Assembly (NCBI GenBank): GCA_035221665.1
Contig: CM069131.1
Span: 172,174,001 to 172,238,000 of the forward strand
DNA from: Okamejei kenojei
Lineage: Eukaryota
Direction of reading: 5' to 3'
DNA length: 64,000 nt
The position numbers and the translations under genes are program-made. The notes beneath the pieces are model-generated. The model was given only the letters and a program-made list of their open reading frames with translations, was not told the DNA's origin and made no database searches. This document shows, piece after piece, positions 24,594 through 37,845 of this stretch (within the stretch, counting starts at the first letter, position 1; every line of letters starts with the position of its first letter).

Positions 24594-27500
24594 GTAAGTA
24601 GGGGAATGTCTTTTTTCCAATAATGCTGATAAATGCTAACATCATAGTTTACATTTCGGCTGAAATGGTGTATCAATAGTTTATTTGCCAGAATTATGCA
24701 AGATGATGTAAGTTAGCATTTTAAACAACTCCGTTCTGAGTTCCAGCTTGGCTTGTCAAAGGTGCATTCTAGCACTCTAGTCTAATTAAAATACTTTATA
24801 TAATCCACACTTATTTTTCTAGGGTCTGGCCGTCAACATTCAGTTTAAAATGATATTGCAAAGTTTGTTCAGCTCCATGCCCTGGACCTCTGGCCCTAGT
24901 TTTATAAGTTTTAAAAAGCTTTGATCGAGGGATGTTTTATGATGCAGTTATGTACAAACTCGCAATTATGCAACAATGATGTTGACTGTAAGTGCTAATT
25001 AAGGCTATCAGCTATGTCGAAAAAGAAAATCATCACGGGGTTTGAGGCAGCTATGACGAGCATGGTGAGCTGAATGACAAGTCTTATTTGCCACAAATGT
25101 GTAGGCATTCTTTGTTCCAGTCATTCTCCTGTCTAGGAGTCGTCAGTATGCAATTTGCAAAATCTTTCTGGTAAACGAGTATGAAATGTGCAGCCATTCA
25201 ATGGATAAAATGCTCGGCTGCACAGCGGGTCTCTCCATACCACACTGTTTGAGCCCAGGGGTTCATGGGACCTGAAACCAGGCATCTTTCGGTGTGGTAA
25301 CGAGGCAAGATGTTCTTGTCTGTGGGAATAGTTCGATCTTAAATCATGCACCATAATGATGCTGTCTACTGTAGCGGTCATTGGTAGCCTGATCCACATA
25401 AGGCCTCAGAGGAGTTTAGAACAAAGCACCTTTCAAATAGATTTAAAAACATGGAAGAGATATCAGATTATCTCAAGTTGGTTTTCTCTCTCAATTTTGT
25501 GCACAAGTTGGGAAGCCATTTTGTTGGCAGTACCAGTAAATGATTCAGAGTTTGCTGGTCTCAAGCCTGTCCTCATGTTTTCTGTGTTTCAATGTTTTCT
25601 CATTGTTTAATATGCTTCTTCATCAGCAGATGATAGGAAGCATTTAGCGAAAGTGGAATGTAAGCTCCTTCCTGTTGCCTGAATTCATTTCAAGTGTTTT
25701 ATACCAATATTTTCCCTTTTTGGTACTTTGTTGGTTAGATTTTTTGCTATTCTTGCCTTCACACCTTTGATACAACATCCTACTTGTAGCTGCTGAGCTG
25801 CCTCAAATGTGGCTATTCCAAGTTTAGGCTGGGCAGCTTACTGTCACTTAAAATACCCGAAGGGAAAAATAAGTGGATGAATATGGCAATGGGATTTGCT
25901 GAAACATGATAGGAAGGATATGGAGAATAAATATGGTAGTTTAGCCTAGCTCAAAGACTTGTACTCTGAAACTACCATCTATGGAAATTGATATTTCAAG
26001 TTATTAACAATGTAGAGATTTTCTGACTCGCCACTCATCTGCTTTGTCAATATTAAGATCCACTCTGCAAATTGCTTGGCAGCCTGAGTCAAATATAGAT
26101 GGAGGAATTGGATTTCCAAACTCAGAACTACTCAGAACCACAACTGGCCACACTAAACCAAACCAAACTAAGATGATGCTAACTGCAATCGTCACCAGGC
26201 AGTGTTTTTGCTGTTGAGTGATACTGAGTTTCAGTAAACCCCAAAGTATTGAGATTAAGGAGGTAAACTTGGTGTTTGACGTTGCAGTGCGTATCTGGAA
26301 ATGACTGCAGTTGTTAGTCCAGATCAATACTGAACGGTGGCCCTGAGGCAGCATTCCAGACCCAGTCCTCCATATGCATGTGGTGGAAGTAGAGATATTT
26401 AGGCTAGGCTTAGGCTATTCTCCAGCAAAATGAAAGTTGACCATCTCTCCTCAACTGAATGAAACCTCGTGTAGGTTTAATCATTTTGGGATTGTCATTG
26501 ACCAGCACTCAATTTGTGTGCAACAACCATGCAACCATTCATAGGCTGAGGGATCATGCAGCATGCAATTTACACAAATCCCCTTCCTCTATCTGCAGAA
26601 CACAAGTTAAAAGCACAGAAAATACCATTTTAACACTTGTGTCAGAATGAAGTAGTTGTATTTGTCAGGATGGGAAAAGCTGCAATAACACTCAAGTCTC
26701 AAAATTGTGCAGGGCAAAGCCGACAGCATAATTGAATCTGTTCTTTTCCACGCCGACGTGGGCAGACATGTAGTTAAGTCTCTGTCAAATGTGCACTGTC
26801 AAAGACATGAATCCTCGTCACTTGCCGATTGGACACCATTCTGGTCCCAGAACTACATCCAATAAAACTGAGGTTCAGGGCACCAATATTTTTTTAGGAA
26901 TGGGTTATAAATGTCAGGTTTGCCTATGATTGCAATATGCAGTATTCTTTTTCACTGCCATTCAGTACTGTATTTAAATCCACTGAAATGAGTACTTGAC
27001 TGGTAAATAGAAATTGAAGTTATAAACTAAATCATTTATGTTGCTCAGGTCCATTTTACCCATTATTGCTCAAGTTGTGCCATACCTCGCTTCTCGCATC
27101 ACGAGATGGACCATGCGACTTCCTTCGGCAAGGTTACGGTTGGAAGGGACTGTTTCCTAATTAACTCATCATGTGACCGTCCTGCCGAGCTCCTGCTCCC
27201 TGGACCTGGAATAAGTGGAGTTTTAACTACCTGCCACTGGAATTTTCTTGGCCATCCTTGCAGCATGTCTACATTCCACCCCACAAACTACAGACCGCTA
27301 CATTTAGCCTTGAAATGAAGTATAGCAAGGCCTTGTTCATAATAGCTGAGAACTTTGATTAGGTACATCTCAAGAATGTGCTACCCAAATACTAGCAGCA
27401 CATCACTTGTCCTTCCAAAGTGCAAACAGCCTTGACCACTACTACACAACCATCAAAGACTCCTACTACTCACCAACCACACTTTAGAAGCTGATCATCT

Positions 27501-27764
27501 AGCTGTGCTTCTATGTTCTGCTTACAAGCAGAAACTGAAGCGGGATAGTTATACAGTGCTGGTGGGAGGAAACATATGAGGTCTTTTGTGACAGCGTTCG
27601 GTCGATGGACTGGTCCAAATGTGTAATCCATTGCCATTATAGACCTCATCAGTAAATGTGTAGCGTGTATGCCAAAGAGGACAGTAGTGTCTCCAAGCGG
27701 AAACCATGGATGAACCACGAAGGCCCAAGTCTGTAGTGTTCATCAAATGATCCCCAATAGTAGA

Positions 27765-27861
27765 TCAGTCTGAAGAAGGGTCTCGACCCGAAACGTCGCC
27801 TATTTCCTTCGCTCCATAGATGCTGCCTCACCTGCTGAGTTTTTCCATCATTTTTGTTTAC
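27765..27861 (+). ncRNA. ~97-bp Penelope-derived unit with an intact minimal type I hammerhead core
   Basis: CTGAAGA(27770-76)-A-GGGTCTCGACCC-GAAAC-GTC(27795-97). 13-bp TSD CCCCAAT(A/G)GTAGA. Confidence 0.7.
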
Positions 27862-29095
27862 CCCCAATGGTAGAAGGTATGTTTATATATGACCTCTGAA
27901 AAACCATCAAGGATGCCAAGAGAGAATTCGTAACCATGCTAGAGTCATGAGATAACTGTATGGACACCTGACAGTTGTATTAAAACTTGTATGCTGTAAT
28001 GTGCTACAAAGTGTAGTCACACAGTATTTTTGGCAACAACATGTCCATTCCTGATGAATGTGATATGTTCAATGGTTGCCTTTAACAGAAGGTCTGTGGA
28101 ATAACGTTTGGATACGCCTGTATGTACTCTCACTGAAGCAGATGTCAAATTGGCTTTCCTAGGAGTGCGGAAAGCAACCGGCCCGGATGGAGTTCCCGTC
28201 TGTGTCTACAGGGTCTGCACTAACCAGCTGGCAGGAGTATTCACAAAATACTTTAACATCCTACTTGGCTTTCTCCTTGCTTTGAGGTTCTCACTTACTT
28301 TAAGAAGACTACCATCCTGATGCCAGCATGGTAGAATGCCTCAATGACTACCATCCAGTGGGTCTGGCATCCACAGTAATTAAATGCTTCAAGAGGCTGG
28401 TCATGGCGCGCATCAACCCAGCCCCTCAAACAACGCTGATCCACTGCAGTTTGCTTACTGTCACAACAAGTCTACAGCAGACGCCATATCTCACAGGCGA
28501 CAAAATATCCTCCACATTAATTCTCAACACCGGTGCCCTGCAAGGATGTATTCTTGGTCCCTTGCTATACACCCTATACACTCAGGAATGTGCAGCCAAA
28601 TTCCGCTCGAACTACGTCTACGAGTTGTAGATGGCACCACTGTAGTGGACGTGATCTTGAACAGTGGTAAGGAGTGCAAAGGGGAGAGAGTGCTTAGTAA
28701 CATGGTGTCAAGATGACATCCTCTGCCTTCATGTCAGAAAGTTGAAGGAGCTAATTGACTTGTGGAAGCAATGTGGAGTACATGCCCCAAACAGCACCAG
28801 TGGTGCTGAAGTTAAAATGGCCAAGAGCTTCATGCTCCTAAATGTAAATACCACCAACAATCTGTCCTTGACCAACCTCTTTGAAGCCACTGCCAAAAAT
28901 CACACTGACATTTCTACTTGAGGAGACTGGAAATTGTATGCATCTTCAACAGGGTAGTACCACAGCTTGGTTTGGGAACAGCTCTGTCCAAGGTCTCAAG
29001 AATTGCAGAGTTGTGGATGTAGCTCAGTTTAACTCACAGACCAATCTCCCCTCCATATACTCTGTCTGCAGTTCATGCTGTTTTGGTAATGCAGT

Positions 29096-30084
29096 TGTTA
29101 AACTGAGTTCTTTTGTCAATCTAAATTAAAGAAAATTTGACTCAAACACTTGTTGCTGTTGAAATCGAATCTTTACTCAGTGCTGGATAATTCTCTACAC
29201 CTTCCAACACAGAGCTGAAAGCTCCGGGGCAGGTCCAGAGAATTGGTGACTCTGGTACAAACTCAAGGCATTATATAGGCATTAGACATTTCTGATACAG
29301 AGGGTATGACAAACTAGTAACCAATCATCTGAGTCCTTCTAGTGATTTACAACAGCAGTCACATGACCCCCCCCTTCTCTGGCCTCATCTGGCCAAGCAT
29401 ACATGGGTCGTAAATCTGTCAACTTAATTGATGATAAGGGTTTTGTGCCAGGATACAGCTTCATTCTAACTTACAGACTCCCCTTTTCCTGCTATCTCTG
29501 GGAGATGGCATTTCAATCTCATCTGCAAGGCCTTTTACAAATATTACAGAATAAAGGGTAAATTTACAACTTCAGACCATTACCTCAAAAGGACTTTCTA
29601 AAAACAGAAGGGTCACAAATCCATCAATCTGATTCTTTCCTCTCCAAGCATCGGATCCCTTATCTCAACCTCATTATAATTTAACATAGTCAAAGCTAAC
29701 TACAGAGTCTATTATATTTCAGCATAAACAGCCATAACCCTTCATCTATATGTCACACTCAGAGCTCAGGAATGTGCCATAGAGAAAGAGCAGATGACCT
29801 CTGGCCTGAGAAGAGGCCCTATTCAGCAATCGATTCTTCAACACAAAATTATCTCAAATACAATTTCCTCCAGCGTTATAATTGCCTCAAAGCAATAAAC
29901 CAAGCTATGCAGGTTCAGATTAGTGTTTCTATGTTTTGATTCATCTGTTCCCTGTATGTGTTTCTTTGTACTTTATTTCTTCAGGAGGCATGTGTTTCTG
30001 AAAACCTTAAGCTTTTCTCTTGCAAATTACCTAGCTTATATGAAAGTCACAATCCGAGCGGTTCTATTATATGGTATTTCCGCA
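29096..30084 (-). mobile_element. Solo LTR (989 bp), ERV- or Gypsy-type
   Basis: TG...CA ends. 4-bp TSD CAGT at 29092-29095 and 30085-30088, with Rex1 resuming in register. Minus-strand order is CCAAT (~29321), TATATAA (29277-29271), AGTAAA (29177-29172). Confidence 0.82.
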
Positions 30085-31185
30085 CAGTCAACATAATCGA
30101 GGCCCTTTTCACCCTGGTCATTCCCTCTTTTCCCCGCTCCCATCGGGCAGAAGATTCAAAAGCATGAGAGCAGGAACCACTCAATTCAGAAACAGCTTCT
30201 TCCCTTCTGATATCTGACCTCTGAACAGTCCTCCCAGAAGCTACGGTATAGTCTTGGTTTTCCAGCCAACCTTATTGGAAACATTGGACGTTTTCTCTGT
30301 GATGCTACAATGTTCTAAAACAAAGTCTGCACTCCAGTACTTTTCTCCTTGCACTACCTATTGTACTCGTGATTAGTTTTATTTGACTGGAGAGCTTGCA
30401 AACAAAAACTTTTTCATTATCTCAGTACACGTGCACACAGTACACAATAATAAACCAATAAATCAAGTTTCATGAGTACCTTTACAATGCATGGCACAAA
30501 TTATCTTAAAACTAGCATGAAATAACATTCAGTTGGGGTAAACAGCATTTTACATTCAGCACGTCACAAATTATTGCTATCAGCTAATGAGGCAAAAAGT
30601 AAGAAATTGGCTGAATCAAATGTTTTCATGGATTTTTTGAGCTGATGAGGTTTTAGTTTTTGAAGACAAGTGCATGTTAGAAAGAGGGTTGACACTGAGC
30701 GCAAGCAAATTGGTTTTCCACTGAATAACTTTCAGCATATATCTTGGTTCAATCTGTTGATTGAATAAAGGCAGCCTTACTGGTTTCTGAGCTCTTACTG
30801 GTTTCAAAGAGCATTCTTCCTTGTGTTACTTTGTGGGTGGAAAAGGAATTTCAGTTTTCAGAATTTAAAGTTTTACTGCTGCCTTGGATGAGTCTACATG
30901 AAAATTGATGTTCACTGGTGACAATTGTAAGATATTTTTCACTCGCTAGGAATTTATTTCATAAGTATTAGTTTTAGGGAGATCATTTGTTCTTGAATCT
31001 TAGTGCTCTGGCTATAATGAGTGGTTTCTATATCCAGTTTATGGCAACTCCAGGTCCTCCAAGAAGTGCAATTTTTTTCCTACACTACGGAAGTTCGAGT
31101 ACCAGAAATTCTACTCTTGTGATGCACAAAGGAAGTCGAGCAGACTGCTTTTGCCTAGTAATGTTCACAACTCTTATTGTGTGAA

Positions 31186-31460
31186 GGGTAACACGGTGGT
31201 AGAGGTGCTGCCTCAGTGCCAAAGACTTGGGTTGCTCATGAATTTGGGTGCTGTCTTTGTACATACTCCCTGTACAGGTGCTCAGTTTCCCTCCTTCATC
31301 CCAAAGATGTACAAATTTGTAGGTTAATTGCCCTATAAAATTGTCCCTAATGTGTAGGAAGTGGATGAAAGAATGGGATAATACCGATCTCGTGTGAACA
31401 TTGATGGTCGACATGGATTCAGTTTTCCGAAGGTCCTATTTCCATCTCCAAACTAAACAC
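31186..31460 (+). mobile_element. HE1-like SINE
   Basis: Similar to 9202-9503. Confidence 0.8.
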
Positions 31461-31499
31461 TTCAGACCCTTAAAAACCACAAAAATAAACTAAGTGTAG

Positions 31500-32620
31500 T
31501 CACTTTTGAAGATAGGAAATGCAACCATTAATTTGTGTAGAGTGCAATTGTGCAAAACGTATGCAGTAATAACTGTCTTCTGCTTTAGATATATTGATCG
31601 GGGATAAATATTGACCAGGGCATGTGGGGCAATAACTCCTTTTTGAAGCAACATCATGGTATATCTTTTGATGGAGCTGCAGGAAGGATGTCATTAAAAT
31701 TGAAAGGGGGCAAAAAAGATTTACATGTAAGTTAGTGGATGTGAAAGGTATGAGTGAAAAGGTCTGGATATGCTGGATAAGGTCTCTTTTTACCCTGGAT
31801 TGTAGGAGTGATGACCTAATAGGGGGTTTATAAAATAATACGGGGTATGGATAAATTGAATAGCCACAGTATTTTGCCCAGGATAATAAGAGTCTAAAAC
31901 TAGAGGGCATTGTTTAAAGGTGAGTGGGGTAAGATTGAAAAGGGACTTGGGGGTAATTTTTTCCAGAGGGTGGTGTATGCTTGAGTAGAGCTGTCATAGG
32001 AAGTGAAACATTAATTGAACATTAATACCCCTCCATCTGTTATTTGCACTTTATTAATTTATTAATTAATGTGTGTATTTAAGTATATAATTGTAGTCAA
32101 TGCCTACTATGTTCTGTTGTGCTATGCAAAGAAATAATTTCATTGTCCTGTCAGGGACACATGACTAAACTCTTTTGACTTTGAGTTTGACTTTGAAAGA
32201 GGTGGGTACAAATGCACCATTTAAAAGAAACCTGGACAGGTATCGATAGGAAAAGTTTGAAGTGTTATAATTATTAGGCATATGCAAGATGCAAGTCTGA
32301 AGAAGGGTCTCAACCCGACATCACCCAATCCTCTCCAGAGATGCTGCCTGTCCCGCTGAGTTACTCCAGCATTTTGTGTCTATCCATATGTGCAAATGGG
32401 ACAAGCTTGGTTGAGCGACTTGGTTGGAGTGGATGATCAGCTCTTGCTCTAAGAGATCAGATGGAGACCCCAGTTTGATCTTATCTGAAATGAGGCTGCT
32501 TTGACAGCTTGTAGTGCTCCTTCTGTAATGTAGTGAAGTGACAGGTAAGGGGATGGGACTCAGCTCCCTGGATTAAGGCTTGAGTTCACATGCTTATAAC
32601 TTGGTGGGTACCACCAGATA
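31500..32620. mobile_element. Nested relics: DeuSINE-like (-; ~31500-31680 and ~32450-32620), CR1 (+), Rex1 tail and a hammerhead-type unit (~32293-32385)
   Basis: Deu-domain-like GGGGATAAATATTGACCAGG. CR1 motifs. AGTCTGAAGAAGGGTCTCAACCCG. Confidence 0.6.
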
Positions 32621-32859
32621 AACCACAGTAATGATCTTTTGGTCTTTTAATTCCAATGAAACAGGATGTATTTGAAGCATTTTTTCACTGGAAAATTCAT
32701 GTTTATTATAGAGCTTGTTATTATGAAATGCCTGTTTCACAAGCCTTGTGTCAGGCATGTGCATGATGCAGCCTGACCGTAGGAGTTCATTGTGTAATCC
32801 GAGCCATGCTGTAGACCGAGGGAAGACAGAGCCCTTGTTTATTCAAGGACTTCACAGGC

Positions 32860-34900
32860 TGAGCTCGCAGTTAGTTGCCCATCCCTAATTGCACTTGAAG
32901 GTGGTGTTAAGCTGTTGTCTTGGACAGTACTTGGCGGTGTGGGTATTCCGCAATGCTGATAGGGAGGTAGCTCCTGGATTTTGTCCCAGTGGCGGGTGAA
33001 GGAACAAAGATACATTTCCAAGTCAGGTCTGCATCATGAAAGACATCTTGGATAGTGGTGTTCCCAGGCTCTTGCTGCCCTTGTTCCACTAGCTAGTCAA
33101 GGCTAAGAGTTTGGAAGGCACTGAGGAGTCTAAGCTGCTGCTGCACCACACACTGGTGGTGGAGTCAGTTTATGGTTGTGGACAGGGTGCATATCATACA
33201 GGATGTTATTTTTCTTGAGTGTTAAAGTTGCATTAATTAGGGCAGATGCAAATATTCCATCATACCAGGACTTCAGCCTTGGAGACAGGTAGGGTTTGGG
33301 TAGTTGGGAGTTGAGTTCAGGTTCAGGAACAGTTTCTACCCTACAGCCATCAGGCTACTAAACACTACAACCTCGTATGAACTCTGAACTACAATAGACA
33401 TTATTGCACTATTATTGTTTGTTTTTTGAGTGTGTGTATATATAGCTATATGGATATATAGATATATGAGTATGTGTGTGTGTATATATACACACTGCAC
33501 TTTTTTCTCTCGTTTATCATATTATTTACAGTGTACTATGTTTACATATTCTGTGCTGCAGCAGGTAAGAATTTTGTTGTTCTCTCTGGGGCATAAGACA
33601 ATAAAACACTCTTGACTGGAGTTCATCACTACAGGAATTCTAATCTCTGGCCTGCTCTGGTGGCTGCATTGTATGTATGACTGCTCCAGTTCAGCTTCTG
33701 GTCAATGGTAATCCCCTGGATATTGTTAATGGGGAATTTCGTGATGGTAATGTCATTGAATGTCATAGGCAATAGTTGGATTTTCATTTGATGGATATTC
33801 ATTGCCTGGCACTTGTGCGGCACGAGTATTGCTTGCCCCCGATCACTCCAGGCCTGGATATTGTCCAGGTGTTGCTGCTTTTGAATGTGGACTGCTTCAT
33901 TATCTGAGGAATCACATGCTCATGAATAGTGTGCAAACATCAATGAACGTTGTACTTCTGACCATACGATTGCAGGAAGATTATTGATAAAGTAGCTGAA
34001 AATGGTCAGGTGTGGGACACTACTAAGGAACTCTTTCAGAGATGTTCTGTGAGTGAAATGATTGAACTCCAACTATGCCAGCCATCCTTTTGTGCTCAAT
34101 GTGATTCCAACTGGCAAAGGGTTTCCCCTGATGTCCCATTGACTTCCGATTAACTCTGGCTCCTTGACGCCATACCTAAATTAATTTGCCTTTGTCAACG
34201 GCAGTTGCTCTCACTTCACTTCTGGAGTTCAACTCTTTGGTTCATGCTTGGACCAAAGCTGTAATGAGGCAAAGAGCCGAGGGACTTTGGTGGTACGTGA
34301 AGTGAGCTGCTTTGACCATGTTGTTCCTAAGCAAGTGCTACTTGATAGCATCATCAATTATCCCGTCGATCACTTTAGTCAAAGGTGGGTTGGGGTGGTA
34401 ATTGGCTTGGTTGCATTTGGCCCCTTTCATCGGGATTGGAAGTAATGGGGCATTTTTCCATATTGTTAGGTAGATGCCAAAGTTGTACCAGTACTGAAGC
34501 AGTTCGGCCCAGATTATGGCAAGTTATGAAATGCTATTGTCAGAATGTTGTCGGGGCCCATACACTTTTCTTGACAACTTGGAATGGATCAATTCGGCTG
34601 AAGACCACCATCCGTCATGCTGGAAATCTGGAGGAGGCCAAGATGATTCTCTTGGCTCCTTTGGCTGAAGATTCTTGCAAATGTTTCGGCTTTTCCCTTT
34701 TGCACTGATGTGAAAATCATTGTGAACTCAGTGCGCAGATGTTGATCAGCGGACTTGCCTGTCTTGGATGCTTTGAATGTTGCTGAATGTATGCATGTAT
34801 GTGCCTCATTACACTCATGACATTGTGAATCGAGAGACATGAGTTTGAGGGGAATTGTTTGTTAGTAAGTACAAAATGACTGGCTCTTCTAAACATGTTG
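32860..34900 (-). mobile_element. CR1/L2-group LINE 3' half, decayed, with a Rex1 tail inserted at ~33318-33620
   Basis: GITIDQKLNWSSH...ATRAGQRL and KAETFARIFSQ peptides. 3' UTR TTGCCCATCCCTAATTGC. Confidence 0.8.
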
Positions 34901-35689
34901 CTGGTTTGAGTTGTGGCTAAGATTCCAGTCAAAGATTACTCTAATGTATGTCATGGTGAGGGATGCATCTGCCTCAAGCTGTGGACATTCAAACCATGAA
35001 ATGTCTAATATAAGCTGTCAGTAACGTGTTTAGTTTCCAGCTCTCTTATGCTGATGTAGGACTTGACAATGTTGTAAGTGGATATGGTGCAATACTTTGA
35101 CAGATGATGGAGAGAAAGGCAAAGAATTTGTGTTTTCTTTAAAAATTATGCTTGGTAAACGTGCAATCCTATCACTCAACTACTTTCACGATGTTTCAAA
35201 TACAAACAATGGCATTGCAACAACAAGCACGCAACCCCTTGGTTCATGTACAAGTTAATAGATGTTTAATCAACTCTTCAATATGCCTGAAAAGCAATTA
35301 AAAAAAATAGAAAATCTTTAGTGCTCACCACTCTTCAGGAAGATGTAAAAGCTTAATAAATTGTGTGAAATAACTGGCATTCTTAATATACACTACATTA
35401 ATAATTGACTTTCAGAGTGATGAACAATATTTGGTAATATATTGGTAAATCTGACAATGTCACAGGCAAAATGCAACTGATGCAGACTGACCTTGTTTTG
35501 AGACTTGTCGCGTGTAACATTTGGTGTGCTTTGAAAAGCCATGCAACCTGGTTGAAACCTTGTTGGTTTTCTAGCATAACTGTGGTTGAGAAATGATGGT
35601 CGCGCTGAGTTAGAAATGTCCTGATTTTATTGCACATGTTGTCCGAAAGGTTTTAGGCTGCTAGATCTATTGCAAATCAGTTACACGCA

Positions 35690-35980
35690 GCCACAAACGC
35701 CAGGTTCATTTGCACTGCCAGTTTCTTCCCAGCTGTTATCAGGCAACTGAACCATCCTGCCACAACTAGCGAGCAGTCCTTAACTACTATCTACCTCATT
35801 GGAGACCCTCGGACTATCTTTGATCGGACTATACTGGCTTTGTCTTGCACTAAATGTTATTCACTTTATCTGTACACTGCGAATGCCTCAATTGTAATCG
35901 TGTGTTGTCTTTTCACTGACTGGTTAGTACGTAAGAAAAGCTTTTCACTAGCTCTGTACAGGTGACAAACTAAACTAATG
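35690..35980 (+). mobile_element. Rex1-type LINE 3' tail
   Basis: CAGTTTCTTCCCAGCTGTTATCAGGCAACTGAA...GTACAGGTGACAAACTAAACT. Confidence 0.7.
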
Positions 35981-36579
35981 AAACATTGCGTTCACAAGGA
36001 CCTTGCACCCTGTCATCTTAATGAATTAAAACAGTTGGCAGGTGGTTGAGGCTGTGTTGTGTGTAGGTTATACCCTATTCATTTCAGTGAACAAGCTACT
36101 GACTGTAATGGCAACCTTGTAATGGCCATGATGCAGAGTGGTGAAGCCTATATTTTAATCTCAATCGGGTTTTATGTACTCTTTTGTTACATTTGCCAAT
36201 TTTTTAATTGATCAAGTTATATTTGCATCCGTTTTTAAAGTAGTAAACTGAAATGAATTGTGTGCATAATTGGTCCATTGTCACTTAAGTAAGAATTTAA
36301 GAGTGTATTTTCATTAATCCCTTTTAGAAATCCAAGAATATCATATTGCCACTGGATAACCGTTGCAGTATGTGTTCCAGGAACCATGCAATTTTTACTG
36401 AACATTTATTTCAACGGTATGATGTATAGGAAGCCAGTGATAGCAATAAAAAAGGAGGGGAAATTTCTGTTTCAACCCATTAAATGTAAAAATAAATAAT
36501 TTAAATATCCTGATCTTCCTTTTATTGCCATACTTGAGTTACTGACAAGTCTTACCTCATCTCATTCTTTGGTGCAGTT

Positions 36580-36830
36580 ATTTGGTGCAGATAAGCTGAG
36601 AACGCATCCTTGCAGACAACCGTGTTGAGGATTATTGTAGAGGAAAATTTGTCACTGTTTGTCAGGTAGTCGAGGATTCAGTTGCGGAGGGGAGTGCGGA
36701 CTCCAAGTTTGGAGGTGAGCTTGGTTTGGTTAATGGCATTGAAAGCAGAGTCAGAACCAATGAATAGGGGGTCTGAGTCTGTGACCGGGAGTGGTGGAGG
36801 GTCTGAGTCTACCAATAGAGGTCTGAGGAA
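36580..36830 (-). mobile_element. Rex1 RT fragment
   Basis: Reverse complement of the IGSDSAFNAIKP/LRNWILDYL and LNTVVCKDA-like segments. Confidence 0.6.
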
Positions 36831-37119
36831 GATATTTGCAATATCTCAAGTTCCTGTTCACAATATCTCAAGTTCCTGTTCCTTTTCAATTCACACTGTT
36901 TTGCCAGAGGTAAATAGGCAGTCAGCAGAAAGATTTGAATTGTTTGTTGTTTTGTGACATGGTGCATGTTGTCAATGACTGTTCACGTGTTGGCGCATCA
37001 CTGACTATTAAGTAGCCAGTGGAAAGTTGCTGACTATTCGTGGAGGAGATACACGTGGCCTTGGACGATAACTTCAACTAGATCTGAACCATCTTGGTGT
37101 AGAAGGCAGCTACCCAGAT

Positions 37120-37845
37120 TGAACATAGAAAGTGCAACACAGGAACATGCCCTTTCAACCTTGATGTGTGTGCTGAATGTGATACCAAGTTAAACTAGCC
37201 CTTTCTCCCTACACATGATCCATATCCCATCATAACCTGTATGTTCATGTGCCTGTCTAAATTTCTCTTAAATATTACTATTGTATCTGCTTCCAGTATC
37301 CTCCATGGCAGTGGATTCCAGGCACCTACCACTTCCAGTTTAAAAAAATCATGCCTTGTTAAATCTTTAAACATCTCCCCTCACACGGTAAATATATCTC
37401 CTCTTGTTTTTGACCTTTCCACCGTCAAAGGGACAAAGACTCTATACCTTTTCCAAGCTTCTCATAATTCTATCAGGTTGCCTCTCAGCCTCCAATATTC
37501 CGGGAAAAACAATCCCAAATTTGTCTAACCTCCTCTCCTGCTCGCTAATACCCTCTAATCCTTAGTGAATACTGATAAGATTTATTTAGTACCTTGCTCA
37601 CAACCTCTGGTTCTAGACATAAATCCCCTCCTTTGTCCTTGACTCGTTCTATCATCTTCCTAGCTACCCACTTGTTTTTAATACGTATATAAATTGTTTT
37701 TGGATTTTCCTTACTCCTGCTTACAAAGGACATTTCATGGCACCCTTTAGGCCTTCCTGATTCCTGTCTTCATATTCCTTCAGGGCCCTGTCTGATTTCA
37801 GCTCCCTAAACCCTGCATAAGCTTCCTTTTTCTTTTTGACTTATT
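37120..37845 (-). mobile_element. Old CR1 fragments
   Basis: CR1 3' tail plus SKENPKTIYIRIKNK-like ORF2 relic. Confidence 0.7.

Larger units (their letters stand above)
27075..30465 (+). mobile_element. Heavily decayed near-complete Rex1 LINE hosting a hammerhead unit and a solo LTR
   Basis: APE relic (LDHYYTTIKD), KATGPDGVP, LNDYHPVGLAS, LNTGALQGCILGPLLY, and a 3' tail at ~30400-30460. Confidence 0.85.

Noticed and set aside
23859-24623. 254-aa ORF as a single-exon gene
   Set aside because: It starts at GTG. Homology begins at the 23797 acceptor and ends at the 24593 donor, so it is an internal exon.
23768-24676. 302-aa minus-strand ORF
   Set aside because: Antisense shadow of the FAM53A exon, with no recognisable motifs.
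36839-36882. ~20-bp tandem duplication (similar ones at ~48568-48596 and ~60226-60275)
   Set aside because: Ordinary slippage or repair duplications with no further structure.
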